Shown: positions 1 through 12,627 of the stretch, in pieces
Position numbering within the stretch: position 1 is the first letter of the stretch
How the letters are laid out: the number at the start of each line of letters is the position of its first letter
NCBI GenBank assembly: GCA_022572685.1
Contig: JACZVL010000002.1
Span: 1 to 60,099, forward strand
DNA length: 60,099 nucleotides
Direction of reading: 5' to 3'
DNA from: Pseudomonadota bacterium
Lineage (GTDB): Bacteria; Pseudomonadota; Alphaproteobacteria; Kiloniellales; J153
The notes under the pieces: generated by a model
Database searches by the model: none
The model's input: the letters and a program-made list of their open reading frames with translations, nothing else
What the model was told of the DNA's origin: nothing
Translations under genes and position numbers: made by a program

Positions 1-1221
1 CTCTGGGAGGGGCCGGTCGAGGCCCTGACCGAGGACAGTGCCGAGGCGCTGCTGGATGAGGCCGAGGTGGTGATCGACGCGCTGTTCGGGGCCGGATTGT
101 CGCGGCCCTTGGCCGGCGCCGCGCGCCGGGTGGTCGAGGCGCTTGCACCCCCCCGGGCCACAGTGGTCGCGGTCGACGTGCCGAGCGGAGTCTCGGGCGA
201 CAGCGGCGCGGTCCTGGGCGCGGTCGCGATTCAGGCCGCGCTCACGGTCACCTTCTTCCGCAAGAAGCCCGGCCATCTGCTGCTGCCCGGGCGGCTGCGC
301 TGCGGCGAGGTGGTTCTCGCCGAGATCGGCATTCCGGAACAGGTGCTGGCCGAGATCGCACCCCGGACCTTCGAGAACGGGCCCGGGCTCTGGGGCGCCG
401 GATACCCCTGGCGCGGGCTCGGCGACCACAAATACGACTTCGGCCATGCCCTGGTGCTGGGCGGGGCGACCCTGACCGGGGCCGGGCGGCTGGCGGCGCG
501 AGCGGCCCTGCGGGCCGGGGCGGGGCTGGTCACCGTGGCCTGTCCGCCCGAGGCCCTGCCGATCTACGCGGCCTCGACGCCGAGCGCGATCACCGCGCCG
601 ATCGCGACCGAGGCGGACTTCGCCGCCCTGCTGGCCGATGGGCGCAAGACCGCGGTGTTGCTCGGGCCGGGCAACGGCATCGGCCCGGAGACTCGCGCGC
701 GTACCCTGGCCGCGCTGGCCGCCGGCAAGGCCACGGTCGTCGATGCCGATGCTCTGACCTCGTTCCAGGACCGGCCCACGGACCTGTTCGAGGCGGCGGG
801 CCCTTGCGTCCTGACCCCGCACGAAGGCGAGTTCCGGCGCCTGTTCCCGGACCTCGAGGGCGACAAGCTGTCGCGCGCCCGGGCGGCCGCGGCCCGCAGC
901 GGCGCGGTGGTGCTGCTCAAGGGCGCCGACAGCGTGATCGCGGCGCCGGACGGGCGGGCCGCGATCAACGCCAACGCCCCGGCGGCGCTGGCCACCGCCG
1001 GCACCGGCGACGTGCTCGCGGGTTTGGTCGTCGGCCTCTTGGCTCAGGGAATGAAATCCTTTGACGCCACCTGTGCGGCGGTTTGGCTGCACGGCGAGGC
1101 TGGCGCCGCGTGCGGGCCGGGGCTGATCGCCGAGGATCTGAGCGAGGCCCTGCCCGGGGTCCTGCGAGCGCTCGGAGAAACGCTGGGCAGGGGATACCAC
1201 CGGACGCGCGGGGATTCCTGA
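1..1221 (+). CDS. nnr: Bifunctional NAD(P)H-hydrate repair enzyme Nnr (epimerase / ADP-dependent dehydratase), 5' end cut by the window edge
   Basis: Frame 1 is open from base 1. The translation carries the YjeF-N-like VVIDALFGAGLSR and carbohydrate-kinase-like GDHKYDFGHALVLGG ... GTGDVLAG motifs. Confidence 0.85.
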   Translation, partial: LWEGPVEALTEDSAEALLDEAEVVIDALFGAGLSRPLAGAARRVVEALAPPRATVVAVDVPSGVSGDSGAVLGAVAIQAALTVTFFRKKPGHLLLPGRLRCGEVVLAEIGIPEQVLAEIAPRTFENGPGLWGAGYPWRGLGDHKYDFGHALVLGGATLTGAGRLAARAALRAGAGLVTVACPPEALPIYAASTPSAITAPIATEADFAALLADGRKTAVLLGPGNGIGPETRARTLAALAAGKATVVDADALTSFQDRPTDLFEAAGPCVLTPHEGEFRRLFPDLEGDKLSRARAAAARSGAVVLLKGADSVIAAPDGRAAINANAPAALATAGTGDVLAGLVVGLLAQGMKSFDATCAAVWLHGEAGAACGPGLIAEDLSEALPGVLRALGETLGRGYHRTRGDS

Positions 1222-1343
1222 AGTACCGGCGGGTTACACCGTTAACCGGTGTTTAAGCTGTAATGCGGCATACTACCGACAGTGACACGCGCAAGCTCGG
1301 TAAGGGCAGTTCGATCAAGCCGGGTTCATGAAAGGTATTCATT

Positions 1344-1607
1344 ATGTTTGCGCAGCAGATTGGTCAGTGGTTCAAGTCCGGTGTCGACCGAACGGACGTC
1401 AAGATTGGCGGCGTGTTCCGGAATATCCGCAAGGGCAACATCATCGAGACCGCCCGGGTGCTCGATATCGTGCCCGATCCCATGGGTGTTCCGCACGTTC
1501 ATTTCATGGTTTCCGTGGGGAGCTCTCACCAAGAGTGCTTCCAGGAGCACCGCACCCTGGGGCTGGCTACCTTCGCGGAGAGGTTCCCGAGAGCCTTGCC
1601 GGCCTGA
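1344..1607 (+). CDS. Hypothetical small protein (87 aa), no family recognised
   Basis: ATG is preceded by AAAGG about 9 nt upstream. Composition is balanced and non-repetitive, unlike the R/G/P-rich overlapping frames. It lies in a locally GC-poorer spacer between nnr and the E1 gene. Confidence 0.4.
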   Translation: MFAQQIGQWFKSGVDRTDVKIGGVFRNIRKGNIIETARVLDIVPDPMGVPHVHFMVSVGSSHQECFQEHRTLGLATFAERFPRALPA

Positions 1608-2036
1608 CGCCGGTCAAGGAACGAGACCTCTTCCAGACCCGCGCCGGCCCAGGGGCCGGGCGCGGCGGCGACCTATTTTTGATCGCTCGAACGGATCGAC
1701 AGCCGCGCCAATCAGGCGGCGGTGTTGCACGACTATATCGTATATTTAACAGTTGGTTCTGATAAAATACTGATCTAAAAAATCACCTAAATTGCCGCGT
1801 CTTGCCGGGACCGGCGACGGGCCCGGCGGGGCGCCGCCGTTGGCTTCCCGGATCGAAACCCTGTCGACTCGCGCTCCTTGGTATCGGTCCCGGACCGGAA
1901 TTAATGTCCGACTATCGGCATGAGGCCGGCGCGTGGGCCGGCGCCGGGTCTTGAGCGGACGCCCAAGCTCGTGAATAGTGCGCGCTTGCGCCCGGCCCCC
2001 GCGATTCGCGCGGCCATCCGCGGCGCCGTTGGGAGC

Positions 2037-4583
2037 ATGGCGGCCATGAGCGAGTCCCCGGCAATGCGGTCCGAAGCCGGCCGGCCCAGCCCGGCGGCCG
2101 AGCGGCTCGCCTGCCTGCGCGAGCTGGAGCGCAAGGTGCTGTGGCTGTCGACCTGGACCATCCACAACGCCAACCACCTGCGCCCCAATCGCGACGGGCT
2201 CAAGGTCGGCGGCCACCAGGCCTCCAGCGCCTCCCTGGCGACGCTGATGACGGCGCTCTATTTCGACGTGCTGCGGCCCCAGGACCGGGTCGCGGTCAAG
2301 CCCCATGCGAGCCCGGTGTTCCACGCCATCCAATACCTCCTGGGCCAACAGAGCCGGGACCGGCTGGAGCGCTTCCGCGCCTATGGCGGCGCCCAGTCCT
2401 ATCCCTCGCGCACCAAGGACGTGGACGACGTCGATTTCTCGACCGGCTCGGTCGGCCTCGGGGTCGCCATGACCACCTTCGCCAGCCTCGCCCAGGACTA
2501 TCTGCGGCTCAAGGGCTGGGCGCCGGAGGACCTGCCCGAGGGCCGCATGGTGGCGCTGGTGGGCGATGCCGAGCTCGACGAGGGCAACGTCTACGAGGCC
2601 CTGTTCGAGGGCTGGAAGCACGATCTGCGCAACGTCTGGTGGGTCATCGACTACAACCGGCAGAGCCTGGACGCGGTGGTGCCGGACCGGCTGTTCGGGC
2701 GCTTCGACCAGATGTTCACCAACTTCGGCTGGCGGGTCGTGACCATCAAGTACGGCAAGCGCCTGGAGGCGGCCTTCGCGCGCCCGGGCGGGGCGGCGCT
2801 CCGGCGCTGGATCGACGACTGCCCGAACTCGCTCTATTCGGCGCTGGTGTTCCAGGGCGGCGCGGCCTGGCGCCGGCAGTTGGAGGCCGATCTCGGCGCC
2901 GAGCCCGGGGCCGAGCCCGGGGCCGAACCCGGGGCCGAACCCGGGGCCGAATCCGGGATCGCCGCGATCCTCGCCGACCACGACGATCCGGCCCTGGCCG
3001 CGCTGATGACCAACCTGGGCGGCCACGACATGGAGAGCGTGCTGGAGGCCTTCCACGCCGTCGAGGACGACCAGCCGACCTGCTTCATCGCCTACACCAT
3101 CAAGGGCCTGGGGCTGCCCTTCGCCGGCCACAAGGACAATCACGCCGGGCTCATGAACCCGGACCAGATGGCGGAGTTCCAGCGCCACAACCGGATTCCG
3201 GAGGGCGCGGAATGGGACCCCTTCGCCGGGCTCGGCCTGCCCGAGGCGACGCTGCGGAACTTCCTCGACGCCGTCCCCTTCGCCGCCCGGGGTGCCCGGC
3301 GCTACCACGCCGCGCCGATCGCGGTGCCGGCGGACTTCCCCAGGCCGACAGCTCCCAAGTCCAACGGCGGAGTCATGTCGACCCAGGACGGTTTCGGTCG
3401 GATCATGGCCGATCTGGCGCGCGACGGCGGCGCGCTGGCCGAGCGCATCGTCACCACCTCGCCCGACGTGACCGTCTCGACCAACCTGGGCGGCTGGGTC
3501 AACCGGCGCGGCATCTTCGACCGCCACCCGCGCGCCGACGTGTTCAAGGAGCAGAAGGTGGTCTCGGCCCAGCGCTGGGGCATGTCGCCCGAGGGCCAGC
3601 ACATCGAGCTGGGCATCGCCGAGAACAACCTGTTCATCCTGCTCGGCGCGCTCGGCCTGTGCCACAGCCTGTTCGGCGCCCGCCTGCTGCCGGTCGGCAC
3701 GCTCTACGACCCCTTCGTCCAGCGCGGCCTGGATGCGCTGAACTACGCCTGCTACCAGGACGCCCGCTTCATGGTGGTGGCGACCCCCTCGGGGATCACG
3801 CTGGGGCCGGAAGGCGGCGCCCACCAGTCGATCTCGACGCCGCTCATCGGCATCGCCCAGGACGGCCTGGCCAGCTTCGAGCCGGCCTTCGTGGACGAGC
3901 TCTCGGCGATCATGGCCTGGGCCTTCGACTACATGCAGCGCGGCGGGCAAGGGGCTGACCAGGGGGCTGGCCAGGGGGCTGACCAGGGGGCGGCGGGCGG
4001 CGCCGGGACCGCCTGGCTGCGCGATGCCGCCGGCGGCGCGGTCTACCTGCGGCTCTCGACCCGGCCCCTGGCCCAGCCGCCGCGCGCGCTCTCGGCCGCC
4101 CTCGCCGAGGAGGTGATCGCGGGGGGCTATTGGCTACGGCCGCCGGCGCCCGGCGCGGAGCTGGCCATCGTCTACAGCGGCGCGATCGCCGCCGAGGCCC
4201 TGGCCGCGCACCAGGAGATTCTGGACGACCTGCCCGGCGCCGGCCTGCTGGCGGTGACCTCGGCCGATCGGCTCAACGCCGGCTGGCACGCCGCCGAACA
4301 GGCGCGCCGGGGCGGCGGGGGGGCGGCAAGCCGGGATACCTTGGCCGCGGTCGAGCGCCTGCTCGGCCCGCTCGCGCCCGATGCGGCCCTGGTCACGGTG
4401 ATCGACGGCCATCCGGCCACGCTGTCGTGGCTCGGCGCGGTACGCGGCCATACGGTTCAGGCGCTCGGTGTCGAGCATTTCGGGCAGTCGGGCGATCTGG
4501 CGGATCTCTACCGCCACCACCATATAGATACGGAGGCGATCCTGGACGCCTGCGCCGCGGCCTGCCTGTCCCGACTCCGCTAG
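2037..4583 (+). CDS. AceE-family (homodimeric type) thiamine-diphosphate-dependent 2-oxoacid dehydrogenase E1 / transketolase-like protein
   Basis: 887-aa ORF (1920..4583). It contains LKVGGHQASSASLATLMTALYF, GDAELDEGNVYEAL and a C-terminal transketolase-like region. The start is uncertain: in-frame ATGs occur at 1920, 2037 and 2046, and GGGAG sits 10 nt before 2046. Confidence 0.8.
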   Translation: MAAMSESPAMRSEAGRPSPAAERLACLRELERKVLWLSTWTIHNANHLRPNRDGLKVGGHQASSASLATLMTALYFDVLRPQDRVAVKPHASPVFHAIQYLLGQQSRDRLERFRAYGGAQSYPSRTKDVDDVDFSTGSVGLGVAMTTFASLAQDYLRLKGWAPEDLPEGRMVALVGDAELDEGNVYEALFEGWKHDLRNVWWVIDYNRQSLDAVVPDRLFGRFDQMFTNFGWRVVTIKYGKRLEAAFARPGGAALRRWIDDCPNSLYSALVFQGGAAWRRQLEADLGAEPGAEPGAEPGAEPGAESGIAAILADHDDPALAALMTNLGGHDMESVLEAFHAVEDDQPTCFIAYTIKGLGLPFAGHKDNHAGLMNPDQMAEFQRHNRIPEGAEWDPFAGLGLPEATLRNFLDAVPFAARGARRYHAAPIAVPADFPRPTAPKSNGGVMSTQDGFGRIMADLARDGGALAERIVTTSPDVTVSTNLGGWVNRRGIFDRHPRADVFKEQKVVSAQRWGMSPEGQHIELGIAENNLFILLGALGLCHSLFGARLLPVGTLYDPFVQRGLDALNYACYQDARFMVVATPSGITLGPEGGAHQSISTPLIGIAQDGLASFEPAFVDELSAIMAWAFDYMQRGGQGADQGAGQGADQGAAGGAGTAWLRDAAGGAVYLRLSTRPLAQPPRALSAALAEEVIAGGYWLRPPAPGAELAIVYSGAIAAEALAAHQEILDDLPGAGLLAVTSADRLNAGWHAAEQARRGGGGAASRDTLAAVERLLGPLAPDAALVTVIDGHPATLSWLGAVRGHTVQALGVEHFGQSGDLADLYRHHHIDTEAILDACAAACLSRLR
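2898..2957. repeat. 5 x 12-bp in-frame tandem repeat (GCCGARCCCGGG) encoding (AEPG)n inside the E1 gene
   Basis: Read directly: gccgagcccggg x2, gccgaacccggg x2, gccgaatccggg. Confidence 0.95.
3947..3994. repeat. 4 x 12-bp in-frame tandem repeat (CARGGGGCTGRC) encoding GQGADQGAGQGADQGAAG inside the E1 gene
   Basis: Read directly: caaggggctgac cagggggctggc cagggggctgac cagggggcggcg. Confidence 0.9.
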
Positions 4584-4713
4584 TGCGGCCGCCGATACCG
4601 GCTCGGGCAGGACGATTCGGGCGGATATCTGCGGGCTTGCGCGCTTCGGCGCTATGTTATAAACGGGCAACCGCCAGCGGCGTGGGCCTGGGGCAGGGGC
4701 GTGGGCCTGGGGC

Positions 4714-4798
4714 GCGGGCGTGGCGGAATTGGCAGACGCGCTGGCTTTAGGTGCCAGTGGAGCAATCCATGGGGGTTCGAGTCCCTCCGCCCGCACCA
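4714..4798 (+). tRNA. tRNA-Leu (anticodon TAG), type II with long variable arm, CCA encoded
   Basis: Acceptor gcgggcg/cgcccgc. Anticodon arm ctggc-ttTAGgt-gccag. Long variable arm. T arm ggggg-ttcgagt-ccctc. Ends in ACCA. Confidence 0.93.
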
Positions 4799-4902
4799 CG
4801 CGCCGATCCGTTAAGCGCCCGAGCGGGTCTCGCGCGGCGGCCCGGGTGACGATCGAGGGACAGGATGCGACCCCGACTCAGGACAGAAAGGCCGATCCGC
4901 CG

Positions 4903-6357
4903 ATGCAGGTGACCGAGACCAACGCCGAAGGCTTGAAGCGGGCCTTCAAGGTCCAGCTCGAAGCGCGCGAAATCGACGAGAAGTTGACCGGCCGCCTGGT
5001 GGAGCTCGGCAACAACGTCAAGGTGCCCGGCTTCCGGCCCGGCAAGGTGCCGATCCAAATTCTCAAGCAGCGCTTCGGAAAATCGGTCATGGGCGAGGTC
5101 CTGGAGCGCGCGGTCACCGACAGCTCGAACCAGGCGCTCAGCGAGCGCGGCCTGCGCCCGGCCATGCAGCCCAAGATCGAGATCACCTCCTTCGACGAGG
5201 GCAAGGACCTGGAATACACCATCGAGCTGGAGCTGCTGCCCGACGTCGTGCCGATGGACTTTTCGCAGATCGAACTCGAGCGCACGGTGGTCGAGGTCGC
5301 CGAGGCGGCGGTCGAGGAGACCATCGCGGACCTGGCCAAGTCGCACAAGAAGACCAAGCCGCTGGAGGCGCCGCGGGAGGCCCGGCGCGGCGACGTCCTG
5401 GTGATCGATTTCGCCGGCACGGTCGACGGCGAGGCCTATCCCGGCATGTCCGGCGAGGACCACCATCTGGAACTCGGCTCGAGCAACTTCATCGCCGGCT
5501 TCGAGGACCAGTTGATCGGCGTCGGGATCGGCGACACGCGGGAGGTCAAGGTGACCTTTCCCAAGGAATACGTCAACGAGCGCCTGGCCGGCCAGGACGC
5601 GGTATTCAAGGTCACCATCAAGGACATGCTCGAATCGGTCCCCATGGCGATCGACGACGAGCTCGCCACGACGCTGGGCGAAGCCGACCTGGCGGCGCTC
5701 AAGGCGCGCGTGCGCGAGCGGATCTCGGCCGAGTACAAGGAATTCGGCCGCTCCCGCCTGAAGCGGCAGTTGCTCGACCGCCTGGCCGAGGGCCACGATT
5801 TTCCGGTCCCCGAAAGTATGGTCGACGTCGAGTTCGACGCGATCTGGAAACAGATCGAGCAGGACAAAGAGGCCGGCAAGCTCGACCCGGAGGACGCCGA
5901 GAAGGACGAGGACGATCTCAAGAGCGACTACCGGGACATCGCGGTACGCCGGGTTCGCCTGGGCCTGCTGATCTCCGAGGTCGGCCGCATCAACGCCATT
6001 GAAGTCACCGAGGAAGAGGCCAACATGGCACTCTACCGCGAGGCGCAGCAGTATTCGGGCAAGGAGCGCCAGGTTTTCGAACACTATCAGAAGTCGCCCG
6101 AGGCCATGGCCAACCTGCGCGCGCCGCTGTTCGAGAACAAGGTGGTCGATTTCATTATCGACCTGGCCAAGGTGACCGAGCGCAGCCTGACCGCGGAACA
6201 GCTGCGCGAGGAGATTGAGGCGGAGGCTGCCGACGGGGCCGAGCCGAAGAAGAAGCCGGCCGAGAAAAAGGCGGCCGGGAAAAAGGCGGAGAAGTCCGAC
6301 CAAGAAGCAGAACCGAAGAAGAAACCGGCCGAGAAAGCTGCCAAAAAGAGCTCCTGA
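4903..6357 (+). CDS. tig: Trigger factor (peptidyl-prolyl isomerase) with Lys/Glu/Ala-rich C-terminal tail
   Basis: MQVTETNAEGLKRAFKV start. Has an FKBP-type middle domain and the conserved tig-clpP-clpX-lon context. The upstream part of the 4720 ORF overlaps tRNA-Leu and was rejected. Confidence 0.93.
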   Translation: MQVTETNAEGLKRAFKVQLEAREIDEKLTGRLVELGNNVKVPGFRPGKVPIQILKQRFGKSVMGEVLERAVTDSSNQALSERGLRPAMQPKIEITSFDEGKDLEYTIELELLPDVVPMDFSQIELERTVVEVAEAAVEETIADLAKSHKKTKPLEAPREARRGDVLVIDFAGTVDGEAYPGMSGEDHHLELGSSNFIAGFEDQLIGVGIGDTREVKVTFPKEYVNERLAGQDAVFKVTIKDMLESVPMAIDDELATTLGEADLAALKARVRERISAEYKEFGRSRLKRQLLDRLAEGHDFPVPESMVDVEFDAIWKQIEQDKEAGKLDPEDAEKDEDDLKSDYRDIAVRRVRLGLLISEVGRINAIEVTEEEANMALYREAQQYSGKERQVFEHYQKSPEAMANLRAPLFENKVVDFIIDLAKVTERSLTAEQLREEIEAEAADGAEPKKKPAEKKAAGKKAEKSDQEAEPKKKPAEKAAKKSS

Positions 6358-6414
6358 GTGGGATCATGCTTTGTTGGCGGCTCCGGAACAGGCTCTAGGG
6401 AAAAGACCAAACCG

Positions 6415-7083
6415 ATGACCGATGCACGCGACACCTACATGAACACCCTGATTCCGATGGTGGTCGAGCAGACCAGTCGGGGCGAGCGCGCCTACGATAT
6501 CTATTCGCGCCTGCTGAAGGAGCGGATCGTCTTTCTGACCGGCCCGATCCACGACATGGTGGCCAGCGTGATCTGCGCGCAGTTGCTCTATCTGGAATCG
6601 GAGCATCCGAACAAGGACATTTCCTTTTACATCAACTCGCCCGGCGGGGTGGTGACGTCGGGCCTGGCGATCTACGACACCATGCAGTACATCCGGCCGG
6701 ATATCTCCACGGTCTGCATCGGCCAGGCCGCCTCGGCGGGTTCGCTGCTGCTGATGGCCGGCGCCAAGGACAAGCGCTACGCCCTGCCGAACGCGAAAAT
6801 CATGGTGCACCAGCCCTCCGGCGGCTACGAGGGCCAGGCGACCGATATCGAGATCCACGCCCGCGAGATCCTCAGTACCCGGGCCCGGCTCAACCAGATC
6901 TACGTCGACCACACCGGTCAGGATTTGAAGGTGATCGAGGAGGCCATGGAGCGGGACAAGTTCATGCAGCCCGAGGAGGCCAAGGCCTTCGGCCTGATCG
7001 ACCATGTGGTGGTCAAGCGCCCGCCCTCGCTCGGCGATCCGGACCAGGAAAAATCGGAAGGCGACGGTAAGGGTAAGGACTAG
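6415..7083 (+). CDS. clpP: ATP-dependent Clp protease proteolytic subunit
   Basis: Contains [30 protein letters not shown] and [11 protein letters not shown] (active-site Ser), plus MVHQPSGG. Confidence 0.96.
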   Translation: MTDARDTYMNTLIPMVVEQTSRGERAYDIYSRLLKERIVFLTGPIHDMVASVICAQLLYLESEHPNKDISFYINSPGGVVTSGLAIYDTMQYIRPDISTVCIGQAASAGSLLLMAGAKDKRYALPNAKIMVHQPSGGYEGQATDIEIHAREILSTRARLNQIYVDHTGQDLKVIEEAMERDKFMQPEEAKAFGLIDHVVVKRPPSLGDPDQEKSEGDGKGKD

Positions 7084-7335
7084 ACGAAGCCCCGCGCGTT
7101 AACCGAATCGTAACCAACGTTAAGGGATAAGGTTAACTTCCCCTGGGCGAGAGGCGCTGCATTAAGACAATGTTGAACACGACCGCCTACAGTGGGGATG
7201 GCTCAGGAAAGGCCCTTGCGCAATGCGGAAACATGCTGAAAACGACGTTGATTTTTGCCGATTTTGGCGTTGTGTGGCCGCAGCGCGTATGTCTAACATG
7301 ATCTGGCTGAATCCGGGTTCGAGGCGGTTTAGGGT

Positions 7336-8601
7336 ATGACCAAATCTAGCGGAAGCGACTCGAAGAACACCCTGTATTGCTCTTTCTGCGGCAAGAGCCA
7401 ACACGAGGTGCGCAAGCTCATCGCGGGACCGACCGTGTTCATCTGCGACGAATGCGTCGAGCTGTGCATGGACATCATCCGCGAGGAGCACAAGACCACG
7501 CTGGTCAAGTCGCGCGACGGGGTGCCGACGCCGCACGACATCTGTTCCGTGCTGGACGACTACGTGATCGGCCAGGACCACGCCAAGCGCGTGCTCTCGG
7601 TCGCGGTCCACAATCACTACAAGCGCCTGGCCCACGATTCCAAGGCGTCCGATGTGGAGCTGTCCAAGTCGAACATCCTGCTGATCGGCCCGACCGGTTG
7701 CGGCAAGACCCTGCTGGCCCAGACCCTGGCCCGGATCCTGGACGTGCCCTTCACCATGGCCGACGCCACGACGCTGACCGAAGCGGGCTATGTCGGCGAG
7801 GACGTGGAGAACATCATCCTCAAGCTGCTGCAGTCGGCGGACTACAACGTCGAGCGTGCGCAGCGCGGCATCGTCTACATCGACGAGGTCGACAAGATCA
7901 GCCGCAAGTCGGACAACCCCTCGATCACCCGCGACGTTTCGGGCGAAGGCGTGCAGCAGGCGCTGCTCAAGATCATGGAGGGCACCGTCGCCTCGGTGCC
8001 GCCCCAGGGCGGACGCAAGCACCCGCAGCAGGAGTTCCTGCAGGTCGACACCACCAACATCCTGTTTGTCTGCGGCGGCGCCTTCTCCGGGTTGGACAAG
8101 ATCATCGCCCGGCGCGACCGCGGCACCTCGATCGGCTTCGGCGCCGACGTGCGCGCGCCGGAGGAACGCGGCACGGGCGAGATTCTCAAAGGCGTGGAGC
8201 CCGAGGACCTGCTCAAGTTCGGCCTGATCCCCGAATTCGTCGGCCGCCTGCCGGTGGTCGCGACGCTCGACGACCTGGACGAAAAGTCGCTGGTCGAGAT
8301 TTTGACCAAGCCCAAGAACGCCCTGGTCAAACAGTACCAGCGCCTGTTCGAGATGGAGGACGTGGGCCTCGATTTCACCGACGACGCCTTCAAGGCGATC
8401 TCCACGAAGGCGATGGCCCGCAAGACCGGCGCCCGGGGACTGCGCTCCATTATGGAGGCGATTCTGCTGGAGACCATGTTCGAGTTGCCGGGCCTCGATG
8501 GGGTCGAGGAGGTCGTCATCAACCGGGAGGTCGTCGAAGGCCGGGCGCAGCCGCTCCACATCTATACCGACCGGCGCGAGGATCTGGAATCCAGCGCCTG
8601 A
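7336..8601 (+). CDS. clpX: ATP-dependent Clp protease ATP-binding subunit ClpX
   Basis: Zinc-finger [26 protein letters not shown], Walker A GPTGCGKT, 421 aa. Confidence 0.97.
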   Translation: MTKSSGSDSKNTLYCSFCGKSQHEVRKLIAGPTVFICDECVELCMDIIREEHKTTLVKSRDGVPTPHDICSVLDDYVIGQDHAKRVLSVAVHNHYKRLAHDSKASDVELSKSNILLIGPTGCGKTLLAQTLARILDVPFTMADATTLTEAGYVGEDVENIILKLLQSADYNVERAQRGIVYIDEVDKISRKSDNPSITRDVSGEGVQQALLKIMEGTVASVPPQGGRKHPQQEFLQVDTTNILFVCGGAFSGLDKIIARRDRGTSIGFGADVRAPEERGTGEILKGVEPEDLLKFGLIPEFVGRLPVVATLDDLDEKSLVEILTKPKNALVKQYQRLFEMEDVGLDFTDDAFKAISTKAMARKTGARGLRSIMEAILLETMFELPGLDGVEEVVINREVVEGRAQPLHIYTDRREDLESSA

Positions 8602-8634
8602 GACCGGGGGCGTCGGGGCGGTTTTGACGCTAGG

Positions 8635-8663
8635 CTTGAACTTGCCCGCGAGGCTCCCGATTT
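8635..8663 (+). promoter_or_regulatory. Candidate sigma32 (RpoH) heat-shock promoter for lon: CTTGAA-N15-CCCGATTT
   Basis: CTTGAA at 8635-8640, a 15-nt spacer, then CCCGATTT at 8656-8663, about 90 nt upstream of the lon ATG. This resembles the CTTGAA-N13-17-CCCCATNT consensus. Confidence 0.35.
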
Positions 8664-8753
8664 GATGCTGAATGGACGGCACCGCCGCGGCGGGCGCCCG
8701 TCCCGGTTCGGCGCCGCGGGTCGGGGCCGACGATAGGCCGCAGAAGAGGTATC

Positions 8754-11162
<2,409 letters not shown>

Positions 11163-11235
11163 CTCGACGCCGCGAATCGTGCCACTCTTGTCGACGGAAT
11201 CTTTGTAAAAGCCACGGATTCCCTGTGTTCTCACG

Positions 11236-11265
11236 TTGACGCGGGCGTGTGCTGCGATCTACAAT
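11236..11265 (+). promoter_or_regulatory. Candidate sigma70 promoter for hupB: TTGACG-N18-TACAAT
   Basis: TTGACG at 11236-11241 and TACAAT at 11260-11265, about 70 nt upstream of the hupB GTG. Confidence 0.4.
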
Positions 11266-11334
11266 CGCCGCTCGATCACCGTGGCTTTGCTGATTCTCAC
11301 CATCCCGTTTTCGTTCACCGAGGGGGGTTTAGAC

Positions 11335-11613
11335 GTGAACAAGAATGACCTCATAACAATCGTTGCCAGCAAGACCGATCTGTCCAAGGCGGACGCGGCG
11401 GCAGCCGTCGATGGCGTTTTCGATGCGATCTCCGAGGCCCTCACGGGCGGTGGCGAAGTTCGCCTCGTCGGCTTCGGGACGTTCAGCATCACCCATCGCC
11501 GCGCCACCGAGGGGCGCAACCCGCGCACCGGCGAGAAGATTCATATCCCGGCTTCGAAGCAGCCCAAGTTCAAGGCCGGCAAGGTCCTCAAGGAAGCGGT
11601 CAACCACAAGTAA
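11335..11613 (+). CDS. hupB: HU family DNA-binding protein
   Basis: GTG start with GAGGGGGG 6-8 nt upstream. (V)NKNDLITIVASKTDLSKADAAAAVDGVF ... RNPRTGEKIHIPASKQPKFKAGK is canonical HU. The longer ORF from 11236 adds a non-HU leader. Confidence 0.92.
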   Translation: MNKNDLITIVASKTDLSKADAAAAVDGVFDAISEALTGGGEVRLVGFGTFSITHRRATEGRNPRTGEKIHIPASKQPKFKAGKVLKEAVNHK

Positions 11614-11638
11614 CGCAGCGATACGAGAGTATTGCATC

Positions 11639-11679
11639 ACGGCCGCCCCGCGTTGACAGCGGGGTGGCCGTCGCCTTTT
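11639..11679 (+). terminator. Probable intrinsic terminator after hupB
   Basis: 13-bp GC stem acggccgccccgc / gcggggtggccgt with a 7-nt loop, followed after 4 nt by TTTT. Confidence 0.5.
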
Positions 11680-11779
11680 ATGGACCCATGCCAGGGATCA
11701 GGTTCCGGTCGCGGTGGTGCGCGGTCCCAAACATCGCCTCCCCGCCTGGTGGCGCATACGCGCGGGGCGCGGAGGCCGC

Positions 11780-11856
11780 CGGGCGGTTAGCTCAGCTGGA
11801 AGAGCGCTTCGTTTACACCGAAGGGGTCGGCGGTTCGAGCCCGTCACCGCCCACCA
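11780..11856 (+). tRNA. tRNA-Val (anticodon TAC), CCA encoded
   Basis: Acceptor gggcggt/accgccc. D arm tagctcagctgg. Anticodon arm cttcg-ttTACac-cgaag. T arm ggcgg-ttcgagc-ccgtc. Confidence 0.93.
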
Positions 11857-11963
11857 CCATCCCGGCACCCGCTCCGCGATTCGCGAATCGGTGGCTTGGC
11901 AGCGCGCGGGGGGCGCGCGCCGAATTGGCCCGGATCAGCAGGTTGTTAACCGCGCCCACGCGG

Positions 11964-11998
11964 TCTCCATGGGTCGATATCAAGGACCTTAGGCATAA
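11964..11998. mobile_element. Solo right-end fragment of the MITE-like repeat family (copy C)
   Basis: tctccatgggtcgatatcaaggaccttaggcataa aligns with the right ends at 12823-12857 and 54894-54928. The preceding cgcccacgcg(g/a)tctccatggg is also shared with copy A. Confidence 0.6.
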
Positions 11999-12155
11999 CG
12001 CTAACCCAGGCCCGGAAACCTCGCGCCCAGGCGTTGCGCGCGGCCGATCGAACCCCAGATAACCGGCAGGGATTCCTGGCCGAGGGCCGCTTGACACCTC
12101 GCGGGGGCTGGAGTACATGACGGCGGCCCGCGGTGCCAGATTTGGGCCTTTTCCG

Positions 12156-12232
<77 letters not shown>

Positions 12233-12627
12233 CTCATTTTCCGCCGCGGTTTCTTGGAACTTTCCGGTCAGCGTCCAGAAACAAAAAATGGCCGCAATGC
12301 AAGGGCTTTGGTGCTTTTCAGGGCTGGCGGCTGGACGTATAGTTCGGGCCGATTCGGATCGCGGGCCGCGGGTGTCCGTGTTCTACTTTGCGGCGCGACG
12401 CAACCATGCCGCCGCGCGGCGCGGGGCGCGTCAGAGGCCTAATACCAAAGGTCTTAGCAATGACTCATAGAGACGGCTTCCCCCATGCTTCCAGGTTGGG
12501 GCTTTCTGCCAGGAGCGCGTGGCGCGGCGATGCGGGGCACCGCGAGCCACGGGCCCCGTCCACAAGCATGGGGCTGCCCGAAAACCCCCGCCCACAAGAT
12601 TTGGGGAAGCCGCCGTGCCGGTCGCGC

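Noticed and set aside
1638-1680. GC-rich hairpin (cgcgccggccc...gggccgggcgcg) after the 87-aa ORF, as an intrinsic terminator.
   Set aside because: The T5 run lies about 11 nt beyond the stem and the stem has a bulge and a very small loop. The geometry is not canonical.
7084-7335. CtrA-box-like (TTAA-N7-TTAA) and GTTAAC palindromes in the clpP-clpX spacer (cgttaaccgaatcgtaaccaacgttaagggataaggttaac).
   Set aside because: The half-sites do not fit the required spacing: TTAA-N7-GTAA, GTAA-N7-TAAG and TTAA-N9-TTAA. There is no perfect TTAA-N7-TTAA, which is too weak to call a regulatory site.
12250-12275. GGAAC-TTTCC palindromes (ttggaactttccgg at ~12253 and gggaaactttccg at ~58665) as a shared operator.
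   Set aside because: There are only two short, non-identical occurrences in unrelated contexts, which cannot be distinguished from chance without genome-wide counts.
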